Source: a virus (lineage: Duplodnaviria > Caudoviricetes). From it: a stretch of DNA of 49,454 nt. The notes under the pieces were generated by a model. That model was not told where the DNA came from and did not search any database. It saw only the letters and a list, made by a program, of their open reading frames with translations. A program made the translations under genes and the position numbers. Below, in pieces: positions 20,003 through 27,996 of the stretch. The stretch covers positions 1 through 49,454 of the IMG/VR virus record IMGVR_UViG_3300036783_000353, one strand, 5' to 3'. Numbering within the stretch: the first letter of the stretch is position 1; each line of letters starts with the position of its first letter.

Positions 20003-21325
20003 TTACAGTGCTTCGTAGTTGCCGAACGCGATGATCAGCCCGTACGTGTAGCAATCGAAGAGGTCATCGGCGCGTTTGTGCGCTTTCGGGTCTGCCAGGT
20101 GGAAACCGGCGATTTGGCGGATGAGGTGGTTTGCGGTCTTTTTCTTGAACTCAACAGTTTTGTCATAGGCGGGTTGAGCGATTTTCGCTTTCTCCTGCCA
20201 GTGATGACCGGACGCCAAAACTGCCCTCTCGTCTTTACCTTTCGCCGTCAGAGCCGATTTGATGGGCCTCATGTCCCAATCTTCGGTTTCGGCTTTCTGG
20301 TTGAGGATGGCGCCCATTGCGGCGTCTTCCATGAAAACACCCTGGCTGCCAAGACGAGGGCGGCAAATCTTCGCCAGCCGCTCGAGGTTGTCGTATACGC
20401 TCGGCATGTATTCCGGAAGCAGCGACGCCTTAATCTGAGTGATATCCCAGTCGATAATCGTCAGCCGTGGCTCGGAGTAGGTTTCCTCATAGGCGAAGTA
20501 AACGAACCCTGTACCGTCGTTTTCGGTACCGCCTTTTAGCGCGGTATCAGCCACGGCAAAGATCATGTCGCAGGTATCTGGCATTACTACAGGCTGGCCA
20601 TCCACCAGCAGCTTGTTCACGTCCAGCAATGCGTCTTTCGACCAGTCGATAAATTCAGCCAAAAATTCCTGCTGCCACACTCGCGGATCCGTATTCTTTT
20701 CGATTTCCGCCAGCTCGTCGGCTGGTAAGTGAGGGTTGGTCGAAGTTGGCGCGTGGTGCTTATGGAAGCCGTGCGCGGGGTCGTTGCAAATGGCGTAGAA
20801 AAAGTTCTGGTCGTTAATGCCGTCTGGAGTGGAAAACACCCAGGCTCGACCACGATAGTCCACCAGCGTGGGCTTGATAGCTCGGGGCCAGACTTCCTCA
20901 AGCATTTCCGGGGCTTTAGTAAATGCCGCCTCATCTATCAGGACGGCGTGGTATTTACGGCCACGGCCTGCGAGTTTGTTATCGTCAGTAACCCAGAAAT
21001 CAATTTTCCCGCCGTTTTTCAGGAGAATTCGCTTTTCACTTCGTGACTGCGTTTTGATCAGCGGCCCGAGATAGGCGATCAGCTCATCAAATATTTCCTG
21101 ATACTGACGGTACTGCGCGGTAAAGATGCCTACGCGCCCCGCTATCGCTTTTTGAGTACCGGGGATAAGAAATTTATTGGTGGCGTAGCTTATGGCCACA
21201 TCCACCAACATGACCGTTTTACCCCAGCGACGACCACAGCAAACAGCGTTGTATCGGTACTGACCTCCCTCGGTCCAGACGTGCAACTGCCCCGGGTGTA
21301 GTTCCGGAAGAAAAATATCCATCAC
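20003..21325 (-). CDS. Terminase large subunit
   Basis: Walker A CGRRWGKT, Walker B VLIDEAAF, motif III FSTPDG, QQEFLAEF; RNase H-like nuclease acidic residues (ADTA...DDLFD). Confidence 0.95.
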   Translation of the reverse strand: MMDIFLPELHPGQLHVWTEGGQYRYNAVCCGRRWGKTVMLVDVAISYATNKFLIPGTQKAIAGRVGIFTAQYRQYQEIFDELIAYLGPLIKTQSRSEKRILLKNGGKIDFWVTDDNKLAGRGRKYHAVLIDEAAFTKAPEMLEEVWPRAIKPTLVDYRGRAWVFSTPDGINDQNFFYAICNDPAHGFHKHHAPTSTNPHLPADELAEIEKNTDPRVWQQEFLAEFIDWSKDALLDVNKLLVDGQPVVMPDTCDMIFAVADTALKGGTENDGTGFVYFAYEETYSEPRLTIIDWDITQIKASLLPEYMPSVYDNLERLAKICRPRLGSQGVFMEDAAMGAILNQKAETEDWDMRPIKSALTAKGKDERAVLASGHHWQEKAKIAQPAYDKTVEFKKKTANHLIRQIAGFHLADPKAHKRADDLFDCYTYGLIIAFGNYEAL

Positions 21326-21339
21326 ATCCCCGTCGGTAT

Positions 21340-22368
21340 TTATTCGCAGCCAGGAGGTTTAAGCGAATTGTGAATAATGATCTGCTCATTGCCGTTGCCA
21401 CCATTACGGAGGTTTTCGATTTCGGCTTTGATTTTTTCATTGCTCAGACGAGCACGTTCGATTTCCAGTAACCGAAGTTCTCTGTCCTGCTCGCTGGAGG
21501 CCAGATTGTGGAAAGCTGCGAGGTTTTTCAGTGCAGCATCCTGATCCCTCGTCATCACCTCTATGCCGAATTTTGTTTTCTTCACGCCAGCGATTAACCG
21601 ACGGGCTGGCCCTACGAGGTCGCGGGTGTCAGTCAGGAAAACATCTTCGATGCCTTCACCTGCGCAACGTGGACACTCAGGATTGGGATCGTCGTTCGGC
21701 ATAAACCCGAGGCCACCATATTCAGGTGCTGGCTTACCGTCCGTTGAGGCTTTTTCTGCGGCCTTATCAAACTCGTCAATATCTCGCCACTGATAGAGAA
21801 AATTCTCCCCCCAGCAATAGCGACAACATAAGCGGCGCATTTGAGAAACTTCGCCAGGGTCGGCAATCGCTATTTCATGCCAGTGTCTGAGAATGTCCTG
21901 GGCTTTCAATATTGCTTGCCCGGCTAATTGTTCAATACCCTGATTGATGGCTTTTGCTATCGAAGGCTTTCGGTAAAGTATCCTCGCGTTTCGAGGTCCG
22001 CCTGTATAACCAGCCTTGCTGTATGCCTCGTACTTATCGCGGCACTCGAGAAAGTAGGAAACAAATAGTTTTTCCTTCTCGGTTAAATCTGCGCAAAAAG
22101 CGGATCTTTTCGGATCTGTGTTTGCGCATTCCTGTGCAGACTTATCTTTTACCTTCCCCTGTGCTCTCGGGGCTTTTGCCGGATTCTGCGCATCTTTTTG
22201 CGCAGTTTTTTTTTGCGCATTATTCTGCGCAGGCTTTTTTATGTAGCGGCGAGCACTGTCGTAATTCAGCCCCTGTTGCTCACACCATTCTTTCGGAGAG
22301 ATTCCCGTACTGGCGTAAGCAGCAGCAAACTGAGATTGCAGCTCCTTCCAGTCGGGTTTGCTCATCAA
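21340..22368 (-). CDS. Terminase small subunit with Zn-finger insertion
   Basis: KPDW N-terminus, LTEKEKLFVSYF...AYSKAGY HTH, CCRYCWG...CPRC, GVKKTKFGIEVMTRDQDAAL. Confidence 0.9.
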   Translation of the reverse strand: MMSKPDWKELQSQFAAAYASTGISPKEWCEQQGLNYDSARRYIKKPAQNNAQKKTAQKDAQNPAKAPRAQGKVKDKSAQECANTDPKRSAFCADLTEKEKLFVSYFLECRDKYEAYSKAGYTGGPRNARILYRKPSIAKAINQGIEQLAGQAILKAQDILRHWHEIAIADPGEVSQMRRLCCRYCWGENFLYQWRDIDEFDKAAEKASTDGKPAPEYGGLGFMPNDDPNPECPRCAGEGIEDVFLTDTRDLVGPARRLIAGVKKTKFGIEVMTRDQDAALKNLAAFHNLASSEQDRELRLLEIERARLSNEKIKAEIENLRNGGNGNEQIIIHNSLKPPGCE

Positions 22369-22628
22369 TCACTGTCCTTACTGCGCGAAAGTCTCATCAG
22401 CTCGTTATAGGCGTACACATCACCGTTACGGGCACGCTTGTACAATGCCCCACGTAATTCAGCTTCACCTTTAGCGGTACCAATTCGAATGGCTTCACGA
22501 AATAGCGTTAGCGTCTTCCTGTCTTGCCTCAGTTCGTCCATGTCGATATCGAGTACGTCTGCTATCTGCTGCTCTGTCAGACGACGAGCGGCCAGCGCCT
22601 CTACCTTTTCACGAGCGAACATAAGCAC
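22365..22628 (-). CDS. Small HTH protein (terminase-small-like)
   Basis: VEALAARRLTEQQIADVLDI...FREAIRIG.AKG...L..ALYKRARNGD; coupled to TerS. Confidence 0.7.
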   Translation of the reverse strand: MLMFAREKVEALAARRLTEQQIADVLDIDMDELRQDRKTLTLFREAIRIGTAKGEAELRGALYKRARNGDVYAYNELMRLSRSKDSD

Positions 22629-22630
22629 CT

Positions 22631-23497
22631 CTACGATTTGATATGCAGTACCATTCCGTAGTCATCAGTGCCGGCAGGCAGTTGAATTTCCTCTTTCAGA
22701 CGAAGACGCAGTTTTTTGAATCCCCGATAATCCACATAATGATGAACACGACCGAAGCGGAACATCATCCTGGAAATGTCGGGATGCATCTCAATCTGCA
22801 TTTTGCTTTTGTTATACGTCCCCTCTTTCGCGTAAAACTCTGCGGTGTTTCCACCTTTTGTTTTTTGCGTCTGGATTTTTTGTTGGAGGAACGCATTGAA
22901 CTGGACCGTACACCAGCCAGCCTTGAGCATTCTCAGTGATAAATCCGTATCCTCGTTGTAACGCCCTCGCCACCGAAACGGGAGGTCGTTGCGAATAAGG
23001 TTGCAGGAGTAAATGCGGGTATTGGTAACAAATGGCGGTAGCTTGTCCCTCTCCGGGGCAAACATGGCGTAATTAGGCCCCGCCATTCCTACGTTCTGAT
23101 AACGCTGCACAAAATCCTCCATGCAGCGGAATATGGTCCCGTCACCCACGCGGATCCGCTTGTTTTTATGCAGACGGAAAAAATGACGGATGTTGTCATC
23201 CATAACCCAGTGCCAGGCGAACCCGTTGGCTATCGAGTGATCCCACGCAAAATTCCGCGCTGCACCCGGGCCGACGCTTTTAGTCAGCCCCAGATCGTCA
23301 AAGGTGTCATAGTCACGCTGGTATTGCTTATCGAGCACCAGAATATTCTTCGCATCGATGACTGCGGCGTACAGGTCATATTCTGTTTCCTCGATCACGA
23401 TGTGATATGGGACTCCAATATGTTCCAGCGCTTTGGCCGTCATGCGAGAATCAGCCCGACCCTTGCTGACGATATAAATCGGGTAATTAGGATTCAT
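22631..23497 (-). CDS. TAGT/GREB1-like GT-A glycosyltransferase
   Basis: YPIYIVSKGR, GPGAARNFAW, WVMDDNI, RIYSCNLI, RYNEDTDLSLR and KGGNT motifs of phage TET/JBP-associated glycosyltransferases. Confidence 0.8.
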   Translation of the reverse strand: MNPNYPIYIVSKGRADSRMTAKALEHIGVPYHIVIEETEYDLYAAVIDAKNILVLDKQYQRDYDTFDDLGLTKSVGPGAARNFAWDHSIANGFAWHWVMDDNIRHFFRLHKNKRIRVGDGTIFRCMEDFVQRYQNVGMAGPNYAMFAPERDKLPPFVTNTRIYSCNLIRNDLPFRWRGRYNEDTDLSLRMLKAGWCTVQFNAFLQQKIQTQKTKGGNTAEFYAKEGTYNKSKMQIEMHPDISRMMFRFGRVHHYVDYRGFKKLRLRLKEEIQLPAGTDDYGMVLHIKS

Positions 23498-24126
23498 CGC
23501 TGATGTATGCCTTATTCACCGTGGATTCCCGTTTATGTTCCGGGTACCAGATATATTTCGTTTTCGCCGTTATCTGCTGCTGCACGAGCTGGGCGAATAG
23601 CGCAACGTCAGCATCAGTCTCGAAATGCACAATAAGCTGGCGTACGCCGTTGGTGTTTCCCTGATCGAATGCAGGCATTCCAACCCAATGGTCTGTTGGG
23701 TCGTCAGGCTCAACGCCCAAAATATTCCCTACTTCCAGATCACTGAATCCCAGCAGACCAATATCAAAATCAACATCCTGTAGCGCCTCAATCTCCACTT
23801 TAAGGAGTTCGCCATTCCAGCCGGCATTGAGAGGCAGTCGGTTATCGGTTATCCGCTATCCGGTACGCAGTTTTTTGCGTATCGGTAAGACCCGACAAAG
23901 TGATAGTGGGTATTGAGGTAACACCCATTTGCTCTGCGGCCAACACACGGCCATGTCCTGCAATTATTTCACCGTTATCATCAATCAATATCGGGTTCGT
24001 CCAGCCAAACTCCTCAATGCTCGCCACAAGCTGCAACACTTGCCGATCGTCATGCGTTCGGGCGTTGTGAGCATATGGGGTTAGATCCTTTAACGGGCGA
24101 TAGACGATTTTAAGTTTCTCAGTCAT
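23487..24126 (-). pseudogene. ParB/Srx-domain protein fused to a TAGT-partner domain, frameshifted by a 7-bp duplication
   Basis: PYAHNARTH, SIEEFGWTNPILID, IIAGHGRVLAA, AYRIADNR*. Removing one TCGGTTA copy restores ADNRLPLNAGW and joins both ORFs into 210 aa. Confidence 0.9.
23838..23851. repeat. Exact 7-bp tandem duplication (TCGGTTA)x2
   Basis: Sequence reads tcggtta tcggtta tc. Confidence 0.95.
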
Positions 24127-24372
24127 ATCTCCGCTCTCTGATAAAAAAGCAGCGATGATCAATGCGCAGGGTGCGCGGCGGGTATCACTACTGCTTTAAC
24201 AATCACTATCGGGCACCATCGTAATGACCCCCTGTAGTGGCTGCTGTATAGGGAAAACTTGTAAGCACTGGTACCGGCAGCTGGTTGTCCGGTGGTTCAG
24301 GAAAGAGTTGGGGATCGCCGTTGAAGAATACGCTCCCCGCTTTACGCCACAGCTGGATATGTTCTGAAGCAG

Positions 24373-24393
24373 AGCCGGGAAAACCCGGCTTTT
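24373..24393. terminator. Hairpin/terminator at the end of the moron
   Basis: AGCCGGG-AAAA-CCCGGCT-TTT; the T tract is on the plus strand, so efficiency for the minus-strand gene is uncertain. Confidence 0.5.
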
Positions 24394-24817
24394 AGCTGAA
24401 AACGAATTTTTCGTCCATAATCGCCAAACAGTGATTCATCAAAACAAGAGTAAAAACATTCCCTGCTAAATATTCAGAATGTGCAGAAACTAAGCCAGCC
24501 CAATTCTCGGAAACTTTTTTGTTAGTTTTGAGTAAACCCTCACAAGCCATCCACTCAAAAGTGCACTTCCCATAAATTTTCTTTAATTCTTCAGTTTTAG
24601 CCGGCTCAGTAATATTTTTGAGCGATGGAGGCATTTGCGTTAACGCATATGCATATTCGCAAACAGCCTTCTTAAAATCTAACTTAACTCGTAGCTCATC
24701 CTGTTTTCTCCACCGAAGCATTGCCCATACAGCAACTGCTACAGTAGCCATTGCCACTAGTGCTGAAATTGCTGCCCATATGGTTGCCCAAGGCCAGTTA
24801 AAAATTGTTTGCAGCAT
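24392..24817 (-). CDS. Hypothetical membrane-anchored protein (moron)
   Basis: AT-rich; N-terminal TM helix followed by RWRK; SD AAGGAGG. Confidence 0.8.
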   Translation of the reverse strand: MLQTIFNWPWATIWAAISALVAMATVAVAVWAMLRWRKQDELRVKLDFKKAVCEYAYALTQMPPSLKNITEPAKTEELKKIYGKCTFEWMACEGLLKTNKKVSENWAGLVSAHSEYLAGNVFTLVLMNHCLAIMDEKFVFS

Positions 24818-24841
24818 GAAAACCTCCTTGAAATAAGGAGG

Positions 24842-25459
24842 TTATTCTACCCTGGCAAACGCATAACTGCCGATACCCTCGCGCCCGAGCTGCGTCTCAA
24901 AGTCGTTGCTCTCCATCAGTGCGAAGCCCTGCTCTGCGAACCAGCTGACCAAGCCGTCGTGGGTCCAGTACCAGATATGTTCGTCCCGGCGGAAATGGCG
25001 GGAGCGGATGACGTGCTCTGCACCGGAAAAGATCGGTACCGAAACGAATACCCATTTTTCCGCTCGAGCTACGGCGACGTCCGGGCGGTCGATATGCTCC
25101 AGGCTATCCCAGAACGATAGCGCGGTGTAACGCTCCCGGTAGAGATGCGCCCACATACCCCGCTGCTTTAACCACTCCACACCTGCAGGGTTTACGTCGA
25201 ATCCTTTCGTGTCCGGCCGGGCCGTGACAAATTGCCCTGCGCCTATCCCCACGTCGAGAACCTGGCCAGTATAGTGCCGGGCCACCAGCCTGATACGTGC
25301 CGCCGTCAGTTCTCGCCCGAGTTCTGTGTCGGCCAGCTGCTGGTACCGGCAGAAGTAATTTTCATCATACGGGCGATTTTTCGGTACCGGATACCGGCCC
25401 ATACCGAGTTCGGGCAGCCAGATCAGGCCGCGATTAATTTCTTGTGAAAATCTCTTCAT
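24842..25459 (-). CDS. Class I SAM-dependent methyltransferase
   Basis: VLDVGIGAG (motif I), GFDVNP, FWDSLEHI, VFVSVP; ATGA overlap with the upstream gene. Confidence 0.9.
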   Translation of the reverse strand: MKRFSQEINRGLIWLPELGMGRYPVPKNRPYDENYFCRYQQLADTELGRELTAARIRLVARHYTGQVLDVGIGAGQFVTARPDTKGFDVNPAGVEWLKQRGMWAHLYRERYTALSFWDSLEHIDRPDVAVARAEKWVFVSVPIFSGAEHVIRSRHFRRDEHIWYWTHDGLVSWFAEQGFALMESNDFETQLGREGIGSYAFARVE

Positions 25460-26364
25460 GCTGCGTTCCGCCTGCGAGCCTGCTGGTAGACATTTGTGAT
25501 GAATCCCTCCACCTTGCCGGGCAACCCACTGATGCGCTTATCGCAGTCGTGGATCATTTCCTGGCATTTGCAGTAGCGGTCCGGGTAGATAAAGAGCGCG
25601 GTGGAAAGATCCATGCAGCGCGGGTCCGTCACCTTCGAGTGATGGTTGTTGCCACCATTGCCACCAGCGAGGCAAATCATCGGACGCTGATACGCCAGTG
25701 CAGCATGCATGATGACGCATGGCCCGGTCAGCACGATATTTGCGCTTTCCACCAGCGCCAGCATTTGCCAGATGGTCAGTTCGCCGTGATGGAATTTCTG
25801 ATGAGCGAAAGGCTCGCCGTCAGGAATCCACTCTTTCCCCTCCTCCACATCAGCGACGCTGATGACGTGGAAGCCGCAAATAGCCAGGCGACGCGCAATG
25901 TCATCGATGTACTGATTCAACGGGCCACGGCTGGCGTTATGCCATTCCGAACGTTCCGTTGTAGGTCTAATCACGGCCACCGGCTTACCTGCGGGAATGC
26001 GGAGACCAGCAGCTGTGTAGCTGGGCAAATCCATCGGCGCTGGCGCCGTACCAAACTGCTGTTGCATCGCGTCGAAAATGCCGCCTTGCTGCAGGTGTCC
26101 ATTTCCGTAGAAAACGCGATTGCGGGGAATGCCCGGCGGTTCGCACTCAAACGGCACTGTGGAAGACTGCTCGCTTTTCTTCTGCGTGCGCAGCGGCGAG
26201 TTGGCATGAACAAAATGAAGGTTTGGGATACCGGCATAAATTTCAGGAAGCGGCGTTTTCAGCCAAATTTCGTGTCCTTTTTGGGCCAACGCTTTGATGA
26301 AACAGCGCTGGTTGATGTTGTCGCCGATGCCGTGCATCCCGTCAAAATAGAGTTTTTCAGGCAT
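25456..26364 (-). CDS. GT9-like (GT-B) glycosyltransferase
   Basis: N-terminal GIGDN motif; C-terminal GELTIWQMLALVESANIVLTGPCVIMHAALAYQRPMICL resembles the heptosyltransferase signature; likely start MPEKLY at 26364 (SD GAGG). Confidence 0.75.
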   Translation of the reverse strand: MPEKLYFDGMHGIGDNINQRCFIKALAQKGHEIWLKTPLPEIYAGIPNLHFVHANSPLRTQKKSEQSSTVPFECEPPGIPRNRVFYGNGHLQQGGIFDAMQQQFGTAPAPMDLPSYTAAGLRIPAGKPVAVIRPTTERSEWHNASRGPLNQYIDDIARRLAICGFHVISVADVEEGKEWIPDGEPFAHQKFHHGELTIWQMLALVESANIVLTGPCVIMHAALAYQRPMICLAGGNGGNNHHSKVTDPRCMDLSTALFIYPDRYCKCQEMIHDCDKRISGLPGKVEGFITNVYQQARRRNAA

Positions 26365-26902
26365 TAAGAGCCGCCTCAAGTGATAAGCGAGTGAAGCAGG
26401 TCAGCGCGGTTTCGCGCGACGCGTTGATGATTTCCACGCCCGGTAGGAGGCCAGCCAGGGTGGAGAAGTCGGTGTGCCATCGCTCTACTTCGCGCGGTAC
26501 CGGATTGTGCATGGTGACCGGATGTCTGCCGTGCCAGTGAGCACCGTTCGCCAGGGTGCAATCGTAACCCAGCAGGATCACCCTCTCAGCGCCGAGGTGC
26601 ACAGCGAGCTGTATGGCACGCTGGCCGGAATTGAATGGGCCGCCTTCCGCTGGACTGAATAGACTCACGCCGAACCGCAGGTTTGCACGCTTGCTTTGGG
26701 TCCAAAGTGCGGCAGTGGTCTCCAGCGAGTCATGGTAATGATCCCACCAGGCAAAATCAGATGCGTAGATGTGCTGGCAGTCTGGCACTGCCCTCCAACT
26801 CGAATTTACCGCGATTACCGGATAACCGGAGCCAGAGACCAGTACGCAGTCGTCCGTCGTCAACGAAGGGCCGCTGGCGACACAGATAAAGGTTTTTTTC
26901 AT
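26357..26902 (-). CDS. Maf/DUF115 (GT42 sialyltransferase-fold)-like protein
   Basis: ICVASGPSL, VIAVN, NSGQRAIQLAVHLGAERVILLGYD, HWHG, IINAS. Confidence 0.7.
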   Translation of the reverse strand: MKKTFICVASGPSLTTDDCVLVSGSGYPVIAVNSSWRAVPDCQHIYASDFAWWDHYHDSLETTAALWTQSKRANLRFGVSLFSPAEGGPFNSGQRAIQLAVHLGAERVILLGYDCTLANGAHWHGRHPVTMHNPVPREVERWHTDFSTLAGLLPGVEIINASRETALTCFTRLSLEAALNA

Positions 26903-26913
26903 GAGTTTTGACG

Positions 26914-26937
26914 AAAAAAAACCGCCCGTAGGCGGTT
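26914..26937 (-). terminator. Strong terminator immediately upstream of the glycosyltransferase trio
   Basis: AACCGCC-TACG-GGCGGTT followed by a long T run on the minus strand. Confidence 0.85.
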
Positions 26938-26955
26938 GAACATTTTGAAGACGAA

Positions 26956-27276
26956 TTACAGTTCTTTAACCGAATAAATCAACTTTTCTGAGGCGAAATC
27001 TTTCCTGAACAACAAAGTGATAACCATTTCAAAACCATTATCATTTTGAACTATGGTGGCTTTTCTGAAGGAATAAATTCCACGGGCAAATGCTATTTGT
27101 GCAGGTTCATCTAATTCCAAACTCCACACACCATTTTTAATGGTCTCGCTGTTGGTTCGTTTCAGTTCACCCGATACCCCAGCTTTCAAAACATAAGTTG
27201 ATTCAGCTCTTTTGCCATCTCCATCAACAAAAATTGTCCTGATTGATGGGCCAAACTTGGTTAAAGACATCAGCAT
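26956..27276 (-). CDS. Hypothetical protein (moron)
   Basis: AT-rich; likely start MLMSLTK at 27276 after AAGGGA; followed by a terminator. Confidence 0.65.
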   Translation of the reverse strand: MLMSLTKFGPSIRTIFVDGDGKRAESTYVLKAGVSGELKRTNSETIKNGVWSLELDEPAQIAFARGIYSFRKATIVQNDNGFEMVITLLFRKDFASEKLIYSVKEL

Positions 27277-27317
27277 TTTTAATCCCTTAATGATTGGAAG
27301 TACAAGCATTATGGGGT

Positions 27318-27354
27318 CATTATCACAGGCACTCAATGAATGCCTGTTGTAATG
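27318..27354. other. Imperfect hairpin of the type common downstream of lambdoid Rz genes
   Basis: CATTATCACAGGCACTC-AAT-GAATGCCTGTTGTAATG. Confidence 0.6.
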
Positions 27355-27360
27355 GCACAC

Positions 27361-27924
27361 TTAAAGTGCGTTAAAGATGTCTGTAAACTTCTTGATGAGG
27401 TCTTTATCAGGTTGGAAGTAAAAACGCCCTCCCGACGACGTGGCTATGGAGAGTTTTAGGTTACGCGGGTTTGCACCCTTATCCTTCATATCCTGAGCGA
27501 ATTTTTGAAACCAAGATTCTTCTTTGTTGATCAAACTAATCCAAAAGAAACCTTGTTCACCATATTCAATTCGCTTTGGTAGATTGTCAGAATCAGCGTC
27601 ACCAAGCATCTGGTGCCAGTAACATTTTTTCCTTCGATACCAATCAGTACTAGCCCAAGACTTTCCGCACGACCAGCCAATACTAGTCAATTTGACAGGC
27701 ATGGCTGTTAAATTTGTGACAACAATGGCAATGCCGGGCTGCTGTGCATTGTCTCCCTGAGCCCCGGGGGTCACGATGATCCTTTCCCCAACATCACATG
27801 CAACCCTAACTTTTGTTTTCCTGTTCGCAAGGTACAGCGATGTTACAACCGCTATCAGTGTCCCTATGCCTGAAACCCAACCTCCAATTGCCGAGAATAA
27901 AGCAATTTTATCAGCAGTTGTCAT
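27361..27924 (-). CDS. Hypothetical membrane-anchored protein (moron)
   Basis: N-terminal TM (IALFSAIGGWVSGIGTLIAVVTSLYLA) then a beta-rich domain; SD GAGGAG; lower GC. Confidence 0.8.
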   Translation of the reverse strand: MTTADKIALFSAIGGWVSGIGTLIAVVTSLYLANRKTKVRVACDVGERIIVTPGAQGDNAQQPGIAIVVTNLTAMPVKLTSIGWSCGKSWASTDWYRRKKCYWHQMLGDADSDNLPKRIEYGEQGFFWISLINKEESWFQKFAQDMKDKGANPRNLKLSIATSSGGRFYFQPDKDLIKKFTDIFNAL

Positions 27925-27996
27925 CCGAACGCTCCTCTATGTGCGAGGTGCATATTTCACGAAAATATCTGGGATAGGTCCAGATAAATCTTTTTA

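Noticed and set aside
24163-24372. Possible small ORF or remnant between ParB and the moron
   Set aside because: An open stretch exists on the minus strand but has no credible start codon or RBS.
25444-26367. 307-aa plus-strand ORF opposite the GT9-like gene
   Set aside because: Mirrors the real gene; His/Arg-rich shadow composition with no recognisable motif.
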